The translations under genes were made by a program, and so were the position numbers. Shown here in pieces: positions 46,071 to 55,766 of a DNA stretch of 64,000 nt. The number at the start of each line of letters is the position of its first letter. Positions within the stretch are counted from its first letter, which is position 1. Origin of the DNA: an uncultured Gammaproteobacteria bacterium (GTDB lineage: Bacteria > Patescibacteriota > Microgenomatia > Levybacterales > UBA12049). The stretch is taken from assembly GCA_964497535.1 (NCBI GenBank), contig CAZCCG010000004.1, forward strand, positions 15,218-79,217. Reading direction: 5' to 3'. Below the pieces are notes generated by a model that was given only the letters and a program-made list of their open reading frames with translations, was not told the origin of the DNA and ran no database searches.

Positions 46071-48809
46071 TTAATTAGGGTAATGACATTTTTTATACTT
46101 TTTTCCGCTCCCGCACCAACAAGGGTCATTCCGTCCCAATTTTGTTTTATTATTGCTTGCTGTTGACTGACTCTGAGACATATTCGAACTACTCCTTGCG
46201 GTAGTCTGTAGACGGTGGACTGTAGACTGACTAACCTCGCTTTCCGGGGTATTTACCCTTATATGCATATGAGGCAATGGATCTTGTCCTTCCTGCTGAA
46301 CATGTATTTTATAGATTCGGTGAACAATTTCATCATCAATTGCTGCCATCAGTTGTTCAAACATTTTAAATGCTTCATTTTTATACTCAACCAGCGGATC
46401 TCTCTGTCCGTACCCTCGAAGTCCAATACCCTGACGTAAATTCTCTATCGCGTCTAAATGATCCATCCAAAATGTATCCATAACTGATAACATAACAAAT
46501 TGTTCAATTTGTCGATTAACAGAAGTTCCTAAATCTTTTTCACGTTTTTGATACAAATCACTTGCCAAGTTGGTTAAAAATTCAATTTTTTCTTCCAAAG
46601 ATACTACCTGCTCCAGTTGAGTAACCAGTTGTTTCTGTGATGCTTCATCAAATGGAATAATAGAACAAAAGTCTCCGACAATCTTTTCATTTGAAGAACC
46701 CAAATTATCAAGGATATCCTGAGCATGCACTGTTACCAAAGAAGCAATAGAATTTTGGATCTTTTCAATAATTTGAGGTTTTAATACGTCTTCCGTTTCT
46801 TGGGAGGAACCCATTTCCAAAATACTTTTTCGAGCTTTATAAATAATTTCCCGTTGTCTGTTCAGTACATCATCATATTCAACGAGATGTTTTCGGGCAT
46901 CAAAATGAAATCCCTCTACTTTTACTTGTGCCTGTTCAATTGCGCGAGAAACAAGAGGATGTTGCAAAGGAGTATCTTCTGGCATGTTAAACCGCGTCAT
47001 CAGATTGGCAATCGTGTCTCCTCCAAAGAGTCTCATAATATCATCATCTAATGCTACAAAAAATTGAGAATGCCCAGGATCCCCTTGACGTCCTGATCGA
47101 CCCCTCAGCTGATTATCAATTCGCCGTGATTCATGCCGTTCTGTTCCAATGACATATAACCCTCCCAAAGCAACTACCTCATCATGATTTTTTTGCCATG
47201 TATCCCACTCTTTTGTCCCTCGTAAGTCCCGACCATCCAAACCTTTTGGACTATCTCCTCCTAAAATAATATCGACTCCCCGCCCTGCCATATTGGTAGC
47301 TACTGTTACAGCACCTTTGGTACCTGCCATAGCAATAATTTCTGCCTCTCTCTCATGATTTTTCGCATTTAATACCTCATGTTTGATACCGCGTCTTTTT
47401 AATGCTTGGGAAATTATTTCATTTTTATCAATAGCTGTAGTACCAACCAACACCGGCTGACCGGTTTTATGTATTTGTTCTATTTGAGAGGCGATAGCGG
47501 CAATTTTTCCTCCTTCTGTCTTATAAATAGCATCGGACTCATCAATACGAGTTACTTGTCTATGTGTTGGAATTACAACGACATCAACCTTGTAAATTTT
47601 GTGGAATTCTTCCGCTTCTGTTGCAGCTGTTCCGGTCATGCCTGCTAATTTTTCATACATGCGGAAATAATTTTGGAGAGATACTGTTGCCAATGTTTTT
47701 GATTCTTTTTGAATTGGAACATTTTCTTTGGCTTCAATCGCCTGATGCAGTCCTTCTGAAAGTCTTCTGCCTATCATAAGCCGACCCGTAAACTCATCTA
47801 CAAGGATTACTTGATTATCTTTAACAATATAATCCCGTTCCTTCTGAAATAATGTCCTGGCTTTAAGAGCTGCTTCTAAATGATACACCGTATCAAAATC
47901 TTTTTCATAAATATTTTGTATTCCGAATAATTTTTCTATTTTTGAAATCCCATGATCTGTCAGATGTGCAGTTTTTAATTTTTCATCAACTTTATAATCA
48001 ACGTCAGAGTTTAATTTTTCAACAACTTTAGCATATTCATAGTATTTTTCAGAAGGTCTTTCATCCGGAGCTGAGATAATATGAGGAGTCCGTGCCTCAT
48101 CAATAAGAACCGAATCGACTTCATCGATAATGGCAAAATAATGCCCCCGTTGACGAAGATTTCCCAAATCTTGTTCCATATTATCCCGCAAGTAATCAAA
48201 ACCAAATTCAGAATTGATCCCGTATACGACATCTGCTTCATATGCCTGTTGTCGGCTAATGGGTTTTAAATGAACAAGTCGGAAATCCGAAGCGGAATTA
48301 TTGGAGAATTCTGGATCATATAAAAATGCTTGCTCACTAATAATGGAACTGACAGATAATCCCAGGAAATGAAAAATCGGACCCATCCATCCAGCATCTC
48401 GCCTGGCCAAGTAATCATTTACTGTAACCAAGTGCACATTTTTTCCAGTTAATGCATTGAGATATAATGCTGGGACTGCCGATAACGTTTTTCCTTCGCC
48501 AGTTTTTTGTTCTGCGATTTTTCCTTCTGATAATACCATTGCTGCCATCAACTGTACATCAAAATGCCGTAATCCTGTAGTCCTTTTTGCCGCTTCTCTT
48601 ACATATGAAAATGCTTGCGGTAATATTTCTATTATTGTTTCTCCATTTTGAAGTCTCTCTTTTAACTCTTGAGTTTTTTTAGGAAAATCTTTATCTTTGA
48701 GTTTTTTTGCTTCTTCTTCAAATGTATTGATTTGATCAACAAGGGGTTTTAGTCTCGTGATTTCTTTTTCATTAGAATCAAAGAACTTGTTCAGAAAAGG
48801 AATTTGCAT
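46071..48809 (-). CDS. secA: Preprotein translocase ATPase SecA
   Basis: 912 aa with a DEAD-like motor and a C-terminal zinc finger 'CWCGSGKKYKKCH'. An extended -10 TGGTAAAAT sits 6 nt upstream of the ATG. Confidence 0.95.
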   Translation of the reverse strand: MQIPFLNKFFDSNEKEITRLKPLVDQINTFEEEAKKLKDKDFPKKTQELKERLQNGETIIEILPQAFSYVREAAKRTTGLRHFDVQLMAAMVLSEGKIAEQKTGEGKTLSAVPALYLNALTGKNVHLVTVNDYLARRDAGWMGPIFHFLGLSVSSIISEQAFLYDPEFSNNSASDFRLVHLKPISRQQAYEADVVYGINSEFGFDYLRDNMEQDLGNLRQRGHYFAIIDEVDSVLIDEARTPHIISAPDERPSEKYYEYAKVVEKLNSDVDYKVDEKLKTAHLTDHGISKIEKLFGIQNIYEKDFDTVYHLEAALKARTLFQKERDYIVKDNQVILVDEFTGRLMIGRRLSEGLHQAIEAKENVPIQKESKTLATVSLQNYFRMYEKLAGMTGTAATEAEEFHKIYKVDVVVIPTHRQVTRIDESDAIYKTEGGKIAAIASQIEQIHKTGQPVLVGTTAIDKNEIISQALKRRGIKHEVLNAKNHEREAEIIAMAGTKGAVTVATNMAGRGVDIILGGDSPKGLDGRDLRGTKEWDTWQKNHDEVVALGGLYVIGTERHESRRIDNQLRGRSGRQGDPGHSQFFVALDDDIMRLFGGDTIANLMTRFNMPEDTPLQHPLVSRAIEQAQVKVEGFHFDARKHLVEYDDVLNRQREIIYKARKSILEMGSSQETEDVLKPQIIEKIQNSIASLVTVHAQDILDNLGSSNEKIVGDFCSIIPFDEASQKQLVTQLEQVVSLEEKIEFLTNLASDLYQKREKDLGTSVNRQIEQFVMLSVMDTFWMDHLDAIENLRQGIGLRGYGQRDPLVEYKNEAFKMFEQLMAAIDDEIVHRIYKIHVQQEGQDPLPHMHIRVNTPESEVSQSTVHRLQTTARSSSNMSQSQSTASNNKTKLGRNDPCWCGSGKKYKKCHYPN

Positions 48810-48964
48810 GCTTCTATTTTACCATATTTCACCTGTATCTGTCTGTTTTAAAACCAATAAAAACCCCCACACGAGGGTTCGGGCAGGGGTTTTACCAACT
48901 GATCAATTGGTAATTGAACACTAATTTGTCAAAAAAGACAATGACAAATTAGCAACTTACCAAT

Positions 48965-49033
48965 TTATCTTCTTGTCTTTCTTTTTGCTGTCTTTTTCTT
49001 TGCTGCTTTTTTTACTTTTCTTTTTGCTGCCAT
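48965..49033 (-). CDS. Very basic 22-aa peptide (MAAKRKVKKAAKKKTAKRKTRR); candidate small ribosomal or nucleoid-associated protein
   Basis: Near-perfect SD 'AAGGAGGTGA' 6 nt upstream of the ATG. It lies between serS and secA on the same strand and is followed by a GC hairpin and T-run. It is too short for the ORF track. Confidence 0.3.
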   Translation of the reverse strand: MAAKRKVKKAAKKKTAKRKTRR

Positions 49034-49340
49034 GTCAATCACCTCCTTCTTCCTGTCTAAAATGAATTCTTTTTATGCAAGAAATACAGGTTAAGTTAAG
49101 TGTGAAATAATAAAAAATATTTGTCAAGCATTTTTCATTGCCTCAAAATCATTTATTTAGATTGATATATCAATAAAAATCATCATGTGTAAATTATTAC
49201 TTTTTTTTTACATGTGAGGCTAAATAATAAAAAATATTTGAAGCAAAAAATTTTAGATTTCTTATTATAAATTTATTATTACTAAATAAAATTTAATTAA
49301 CAAATTTTTCAGAAACTAATTGAGTAGAAATTATGGAGTA

Positions 49341-50630
49341 TTATTGAGAAATTGACGAAGTTATTTTATCTTTTCCCATGTATTTTTGTAAAACTTGAGG
49401 AACTATTACCGATCCATCTTTCTGTTGGTAATTTTCCAAAATAGCAATAATTGTTCTACCAATTGCAAAAGCTGTACCATTTAATATTTGGATGTATTTC
49501 TTTTCCATACCATCTTGGTATTTAATATTAAACCTCCTCGATTGGAAATCAGTAACAGTTGAAACAGAAGTTACCTCACGATATTTATTTTGTCCGGGCA
49601 TCCATGCTTCAATATCATATTTACGCGCTGCAGGAAATCCTAAATCTCCTGTACACATCTTTATTACTTGATAAGGTATATCCAATGCTTGAAATAACTT
49701 TTCTTCCAAAGAGAGCAGATATTCATGTTCTTTATCATCCTCACCTTCCGCAACAAAAGAAACCATTTCTATTTTGTCGAATTGGTGAACACGTAAGATA
49801 CCACGAGTATCTTTTCCATAAGTCCCTGCTTCTCTTCTAAAAGCGGAAGAAAAACCAACATATCGTTTTGGCAAACTTTTTTTAGGTAATACTTCATTCA
49901 TAAGCATTGGAACAATGGCGTGCTCTGCTGTTCCTACTAAATAAAATTCTTTTTTTTCTCCTGTATCATTCACATAATAGTAATCTTCATTGCCGCCGGC
50001 CTGCCAATATCCAAGCCCTTGAGTAATATCTTTCTGAATTAGAACAGGAGGGATAATTGGAATAAATTCTTCTTTTAGTAAAGTCTCCAAAGCAAATTGA
50101 ACTAATGCGAACTCTAACAAGACCGCATCATTTTTTAAGTAAGCAAATCTGGTCCCTGACACTTTTGCGGCAGTTTTGACATCAATAATATCCAATGCTT
50201 CCCCCAGTTCTAAGTGGTCTTTTGGTAGAAAGTTAAAATGAGGCGGTTCTTTAAATTTTCTAATTACTTCATTTCCAGAATCATCTTTACCCACCGTGAC
50301 ATCTTTTTTTGCCAGATTGGGTATTTTCAAAAGCTCCTGATGAAGCTCTTCTTTTAAATCTGCTAAATCTTTTTCTTTTTTATCCAGGGTATTTTTTAAT
50401 TCTCTCCCTTTTTCTATATTTTTTTCTTTAGCATATATATTTCTTTCTTGTTGCAGTTGTTGGACTTGAGTATTGAAACTTCTATACTCAGTATCAAGAT
50501 GAAGAATGTGATCAATGTTTACCACAATACCCTTATCTCTCGCAGATCTTTGGACAAGAGATGGGTTTTCTCTTATAAATTGAATATCTATCATAATGAA
50601 ATTGTTCTGTGTTCTGAGTTCGTAGTTCAT
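49341..50630 (-). CDS. serS: Seryl-tRNA synthetase
   Basis: 429 aa with an N-terminal coiled-coil arm and class II motifs. Confidence 0.95.
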   Translation of the reverse strand: MNYELRTQNNFIMIDIQFIRENPSLVQRSARDKGIVVNIDHILHLDTEYRSFNTQVQQLQQERNIYAKEKNIEKGRELKNTLDKKEKDLADLKEELHQELLKIPNLAKKDVTVGKDDSGNEVIRKFKEPPHFNFLPKDHLELGEALDIIDVKTAAKVSGTRFAYLKNDAVLLEFALVQFALETLLKEEFIPIIPPVLIQKDITQGLGYWQAGGNEDYYYVNDTGEKKEFYLVGTAEHAIVPMLMNEVLPKKSLPKRYVGFSSAFRREAGTYGKDTRGILRVHQFDKIEMVSFVAEGEDDKEHEYLLSLEEKLFQALDIPYQVIKMCTGDLGFPAARKYDIEAWMPGQNKYREVTSVSTVTDFQSRRFNIKYQDGMEKKYIQILNGTAFAIGRTIIAILENYQQKDGSVIVPQVLQKYMGKDKITSSISQ

Positions 50631-50661
50631 TGTTTCCTCTGAACCATGAACCCATAACTCA

Positions 50662-51282
50662 TTACTTATTTGTTAATTCAAGAATCTTTTTCACCGTGGG
50701 TTTAATTTTTACCACTGCTTTATATCTGTGATTATACTCTGCCATTTCTTCTTTGGTCAATTCACTTTCATGATAATGCTTCTCAAGCGTTGGTAAATAG
50801 AAAAATGAACGATATGGATACCCTTGTAATAATTTTAAATTTGGTTGTTTGGAAATAATGCCTGAAACCGATCCTATTTCGCTCCATACTGTTCCATCCG
50901 GTAACGCAAATGAGATATACAATTTAAATTCGGCTCCTCTATTATCATCAGAAAGTCCTGAAGCAACTTTCTTCATATGCTCAACGAGATCTTCATCAGT
51001 AGTATGAGGACCAAGCCACCGATGGCTTTTGAGCCCCGGTGCACCACCAAGTGCCTTAATTTCCAATCCTCCGTCATCTGAGATTGCAGGTAAACCACTT
51101 TTTTCTGCGTAGGTTTTTGCTTTCAACTCTGCATTTTCCTGATAAGTTTTCCCTGTTTCTTCAACATCCAAATCTATACCTACATCTGTTAAAGAAACAA
51201 GCTCAAGAGGAAGATCTGAGAAAAAATCTTTATACTCACGCAGCTTACCCGGATTGGTTGTACCAATAAGAAGTTTTTTCAT
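50662..51282 (-). CDS. rdgB: Non-canonical purine NTP pyrophosphatase (RdgB/Ham1)
   Basis: 'IGTTNPGKLRE' Ham1 signature. Confidence 0.85.
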   Translation of the reverse strand: MKKLLIGTTNPGKLREYKDFFSDLPLELVSLTDVGIDLDVEETGKTYQENAELKAKTYAEKSGLPAISDDGGLEIKALGGAPGLKSHRWLGPHTTDEDLVEHMKKVASGLSDDNRGAEFKLYISFALPDGTVWSEIGSVSGIISKQPNLKLLQGYPYRSFFYLPTLEKHYHESELTKEEMAEYNHRYKAVVKIKPTVKKILELTNK

Positions 51283-52811
51283 GAATTGGAAACATCTATA
51301 AATCTATTTTTTATAAATTCTTTGTCCAACGATAGTATGAACCATCCGGCTTTTGGTCCATGGTCTTTTCCGATCAAACTTTTGTAAATTGCCGCAAAGG
51401 CATCCTTTGATGGTATATCTAATTCTTTTGCCCATTCAAATAGTTGTTTTTGTAAATCATCTGCATTCCAATCTTTATTTAATTCATCAGCAACCTTTTT
51501 TAGATATTCTTTTTGTTTTTCTGTTACATTTTTCGCCGACTCCGGCACTTCTTGCTGAACCAGGAACTTTTCCGATTCAGGGGCATACTTCTCCACCCAG
51601 GCACGTGCATACAATGCCCAATCTTTTGCTCCTGCTTTTTCTATCTCCTCCTCCAAATTTGGCATTTGTACCCATTGGGCGAGTGTGGAAAATCTCACGT
51701 TAGGAGGTATTTTTACCTGAGTACTGACTTGTGATAGTTCAAAAACTCTTGCTAAATCTTGGTCTGTTTTATGCAAATATGCATCGGCAGCTTTTTGATA
51801 CTCGTCAAATAATTTTGGTATCGTATCTTTTTCAGATGGGTCAAAATTTGTTTGTTGCCGGATATCCATCTTTACAATAAGAAAACGGATCAGTTCAGGG
51901 GGAAGAATCGTCAACATATCTCCTGCGCTAAATCCTCTCCCTTTTGAAGAAGACATTTTTTTACCACCAATAAGCATAAACTCATAGCTAATTGGATACG
52001 GAACCGGATAATGCAAAATACGTTGGGCAACCAACGTAGCAAGATCATGTGAACCTCCTGCACTCATATGATCCTTTCCTGCTCCTTCAACTGTTACACC
52101 AATTGCTTGCCATTTGACAGGCCATTCAACTTTCCATGGCATTTTTCCTTTCATACCTGACTCATTACTAAAGGGAGAGGTTTTCCCTTCATAATCGCAT
52201 CCCTTTGTCCAATTTGTTGCATCCACCGGACAACGATAATATACATACTCACCATCCCAATTATAGACACGTGTTGTTGAAACTTTACCGCATGATTCAC
52301 AATATACTTGGAATGGATACCAGTCTTTGGCAATTTCTTTTTTGTATAATTCCCGGTAGATATCTCTTACTTTTTCAGCATTATCAAGTATTGTTTTAAT
52401 GCCTGCATTCATTTTACCGCTCGTATACAAATCTTTTGTCCAGAGAATCTGGGGATCAGAACCAATGGTATTGAATACTTTTTTAAATTCAAGAGCATAA
52501 TACTGGGCAAAATCCTTATAACCCTCAACAGGAGATGGAATCATAAAAAGCGGCATACCCAGGTATTTTTCAAATTCTTCTTTGGGAAGATATGACGGGA
52601 TATCATCCATTGGGTCATGGTTTTCAAAAACATAGGTGTATTTTGCTTTTACTCCCTGAGCCAGTAAGGCTTTATAGACCAGATCATGAAACACCACACC
52701 AAATAAAGCCCCAACATGGACTCTTCCGGAAGGAGTTTTCATATCATCTACCCACTCAAGTGGTAGCTTTCTTTCTTTTAAATCTAATGCAACTTTATCA
52801 GCCCAAAACAT
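51279..52811 (-). CDS. Lysyl-tRNA synthetase, class I (archaeal/spirochaete type)
   Basis: 'SGRVHVGAL' HIGH-type motif, class I LysRS length and a KMSKS-like 'KMSSSKG'. Confidence 0.9.
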   Translation of the reverse strand: MFWADKVALDLKERKLPLEWVDDMKTPSGRVHVGALFGVVFHDLVYKALLAQGVKAKYTYVFENHDPMDDIPSYLPKEEFEKYLGMPLFMIPSPVEGYKDFAQYYALEFKKVFNTIGSDPQILWTKDLYTSGKMNAGIKTILDNAEKVRDIYRELYKKEIAKDWYPFQVYCESCGKVSTTRVYNWDGEYVYYRCPVDATNWTKGCDYEGKTSPFSNESGMKGKMPWKVEWPVKWQAIGVTVEGAGKDHMSAGGSHDLATLVAQRILHYPVPYPISYEFMLIGGKKMSSSKGRGFSAGDMLTILPPELIRFLIVKMDIRQQTNFDPSEKDTIPKLFDEYQKAADAYLHKTDQDLARVFELSQVSTQVKIPPNVRFSTLAQWVQMPNLEEEIEKAGAKDWALYARAWVEKYAPESEKFLVQQEVPESAKNVTEKQKEYLKKVADELNKDWNADDLQKQLFEWAKELDIPSKDAFAAIYKSLIGKDHGPKAGWFILSLDKEFIKNRFIDVSNS

Positions 52812-52830
52812 AATGTAATGATATCACCTT

Positions 52831-54186
52831 CTATCTTATAAATGCACCATACAGAGCACGAACGGTACGGCTAATGTCTTCTTCAGGAACTGCGATAACA
52901 ATACTATTTCCATGAATCCTTTGTATCTGAGCAGAAACATTGATTTGTGCTTCATCAAGAGCTGTATAGAGTAATCTATTTATATGAGTTGCACGACTTG
53001 GTATGCCTTGCCCAACTATGGATACTAATCCAATTCCTGTTACAATCGAAATATTGTCAGGTGCTATGCCTCTACGAATTTCATCCATAACCTCTTGTTC
53101 ATTTCCTCCAACAGCTTCTGTACTTACTACAACAGACATTTCATCTTCTCCGGTAGGAACATGCTCAAAAGGGATACCTTTTTCATGGAATGCCTTTAGT
53201 ACCGCTTCCCCAATTCCCTCTTGCGCATTCATTCCATACTTTTCGACTTGAAAAGACTCAAAACCTCCTTTAGCCGCAATACCAACAATGTTTTCGTGAG
53301 GCAAACACTCTCTGTTGCGTACAATCATTGTCCCTGGATGAGCTGGGTTAAATGTATTACGAATATTTATTGGTATTCCAATCTCAGCAACCGGTAAAAT
53401 TGAATCCATTTGTAAAACTTCTGTTCCTCTTTGTCCCATTTCTCTTATTTCTGCATATGTCATTTCGTTGACTAATCGTGCATCAGGAATTATTCGGGGA
53501 TCTACCATACTAATTCCTGACACATCTGTCCAATTCTCATATAATACCCCTTCATTTCCTTCTTGGCTTGCCACTCCCCGTGCAATTACTGCTCCTGTAA
53601 TATCTGACCCCCCCCGCGCAAAACATTTAATAACTCTGTCTCGCGTTTTACCATAAAATCCAGGAATTACATACACAGTACCCGGGGATAATTGTTCTTT
53701 CATAGTTTCATACGTACTTGGGTCGACCTCTCCATTTTCTTTTAATGTTATTAAGCGTGCAGCATCTACAAATGCTCCTCCCATAAACTCTGCAAATACT
53801 TGTGCAGTTACCCATTCTCCTCGTGAAGCAATCCAGTCGCGAGTCTGTTCTTGAGCAATCCCTTCTTGTACTGTATTTAACCACCCCACAACAGAGGAGT
53901 GACACTCCAACTCTCTTCCAATCCCCTCAAATCTTTCCGAAACATGTGTAAATGCCTCATCAAATGGCATACCCTGTTCAATACAGCTATTACACGCCAA
54001 AAGTAAATCTGTAACTTTGTTGTCTTCCGGATTCCGTTTACCCGGAGCAGATACAATAACATATCTTCTATCAGTCTCTGCCTGAACAATTTCTACTACC
54101 TGTCGGATTCTTTCTCCATCTGCTAAGGAGCTCCCACCAAATTTTGCCACGATTGGCCCTCTCGGACCTTCTTCAATACCTCTCAT
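52831..54186 (-). CDS. lysC: Aspartate kinase
   Basis: 'IVAKFGGSSLA' N-terminus and C-terminal ACT domains. Confidence 0.9.
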   Translation of the reverse strand: MRGIEEGPRGPIVAKFGGSSLADGERIRQVVEIVQAETDRRYVIVSAPGKRNPEDNKVTDLLLACNSCIEQGMPFDEAFTHVSERFEGIGRELECHSSVVGWLNTVQEGIAQEQTRDWIASRGEWVTAQVFAEFMGGAFVDAARLITLKENGEVDPSTYETMKEQLSPGTVYVIPGFYGKTRDRVIKCFARGGSDITGAVIARGVASQEGNEGVLYENWTDVSGISMVDPRIIPDARLVNEMTYAEIREMGQRGTEVLQMDSILPVAEIGIPINIRNTFNPAHPGTMIVRNRECLPHENIVGIAAKGGFESFQVEKYGMNAQEGIGEAVLKAFHEKGIPFEHVPTGEDEMSVVVSTEAVGGNEQEVMDEIRRGIAPDNISIVTGIGLVSIVGQGIPSRATHINRLLYTALDEAQINVSAQIQRIHGNSIVIAVPEEDISRTVRALYGAFIR

Positions 54187-54190
54187 ACAC

Positions 54191-54260
54191 TAAAAAACCC
54201 CTCTGCGAGGGGCGTCTTCTGTCTATTTCACGCAGAAAAACCCCTTAGAAGGGTTGTTTC
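54191..54260 (-). terminator. Two tandem intrinsic terminators downstream of greA (CCCCTCGCAGAGGGG+T5 and CCCTTCTAAGGGG+T5 on the minus strand)
   Basis: GC stems followed by T-runs, seen directly. Confidence 0.55.
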
Positions 54261-54295
54261 TTGGACGTTTTGGTAATAAATATGCTATTCATATA

Positions 54296-54772
54296 TTATT
54301 CTATTTCTACTACTGTATATAATATTTTTCCTGCCGGTGCTTCTACTTCTACTTTTTCTCCAATTTCTTTTCCTATGAGAGATTTTCCCAGCGGTGATTC
54401 ATGGGAGATCTTTTTTTCAGCAGGATCTGCTTCCCACTCTCCTACAACCATATATATTTCTTTTTTTCCATCCCGTTTTACCGTCACTTTTGACCCTAAT
54501 TGAATTGCCTTGCCAGCCTTTCCGGTAGTTCTCTCTTCCTGGATGACAACCGCTTGTTTTAATAATTCTTCCAGTTCATCAATCCTACCATCAATAAAGG
54601 ATAGCTCATCGCGTGCTGCAACATATTCTGCATTTTCGGATAAATCACCCATGTTGCGTGCATCAGTAACACGATTGACAACCTCGGGGCGTTTTACTTT
54701 AGTAAGTTCATCGTGTTCTTTTTTAAGAGACTCAAGACCTTCGGCTGTAAGATAAATTTTCTTATTTGTCAT
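54296..54772 (-). CDS. greA: Transcription elongation factor GreA
   Basis: 158 aa with an N-terminal coiled coil and a C-terminal FKBP-like domain. Confidence 0.9.
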   Translation of the reverse strand: MTNKKIYLTAEGLESLKKEHDELTKVKRPEVVNRVTDARNMGDLSENAEYVAARDELSFIDGRIDELEELLKQAVVIQEERTTGKAGKAIQLGSKVTVKRDGKKEIYMVVGEWEADPAEKKISHESPLGKSLIGKEIGEKVEVEAPAGKILYTVVEIE

Positions 54773-54857
54773 ATTTACAAAGAAAGTCCTCTTTTTATCA
54801 AGGGACTTTTCCGCTATAAATTAGCCTAGTGCATAGTATAGTATGAAATATTTTTTG

Positions 54858-55766
54858 TCAATAACCTCTAGTATGACCAGCCTCAAATTCTATCTTATAG
54901 GACTTTGAATGCAGCTTCCGTACTATCGACTGGTATTTGTTTAAACTATATGTTCGATAGTCAAACGGATGAAAAGCAAGCAGAGTATCCGATATAGTTT
55001 CATTGGTAATTCCTTTTTTCATATACCAATATTGAATTTTTTTAGCAATGGGTTCCAATAGTAGCGCTCCGTGTAATAGAATGGAATTTTTATGAGGCTT
55101 TTTAAAAAATGGTGTACTAAAGGCCCTGGCATTTGGTAAATAGACTTGTGTCCATCTGTTCTTTTCAAAGAATCGTTTATATACATCAGAACGTTCAAAC
55201 AAAGGAACCATTTGAGTAATTTCATGTGCCGTAAAAAGATCATGTCTTTTTTTTGGAAGTTGCATGGAATCTTGCGTGACAAGCATATTCACACATATTT
55301 TATTTGAGGTATGCTTTCCCAGTTTTTTCCGTCTTTTTCCCAAAAATTCCAAAACTATGAGTAGTAAGAAACGGCTGATCCATAATGCCCTTGGATACGT
55401 AATAATAAAAAAATCAATATCGTCGTTTTCCGAAGCATTGTGGATAGCAACTCCTCCACTTAATCCTATAAAACTAATTGTAGGAATCGCACTTAGTAAG
55501 CGTGCTACCTTTTTTGCTTTATAATATTTTTCTTGGCTTATTTTTTCTCTTTGTAACCGCTTTTTAACAATAGATTCACTCCCTTTAAGCATATAATACC
55601 CTTGTTGATAGGAAACAACGGAGGAAACCTGGGTAAGAGCTTTCTTCAATGCACGTTTTGAATAGAATTTATCTGCTATCAGATATCTCCATAATTCATC
55701 TTCATTTAAAGGAAAATGAAAAATACCGGCATAGATAAGGGTTTGAAGAATGAGACTACCGTCCAT
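54858..55766 (-). CDS. Nucleotidyltransferase-fold (Pol-beta superfamily) protein, function unknown
   Basis: 'GLSGGVAIHNASENDDIDFFII' matches the G[SG]...[DE]x[DE] NTase signature. Confidence 0.4.
   Translation of the reverse strand: MDGSLILQTLIYAGIFHFPLNEDELWRYLIADKFYSKRALKKALTQVSSVVSYQQGYYMLKGSESIVKKRLQREKISQEKYYKAKKVARLLSAIPTISFIGLSGGVAIHNASENDDIDFFIITYPRALWISRFLLLIVLEFLGKRRKKLGKHTSNKICVNMLVTQDSMQLPKKRHDLFTAHEITQMVPLFERSDVYKRFFEKNRWTQVYLPNARAFSTPFFKKPHKNSILLHGALLLEPIAKKIQYWYMKKGITNETISDTLLAFHPFDYRTYSLNKYQSIVRKLHSKSYKIEFEAGHTRGY

Noticed and set aside
48861-48900. tRNA-like T-arm (GGGTTCGGGCAGGGG) upstream of secA
   Set aside because: There is no acceptor stem or anticodon arm around it. 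It is better explained as the stem of a terminator hairpin after the 22-aa peptide gene.
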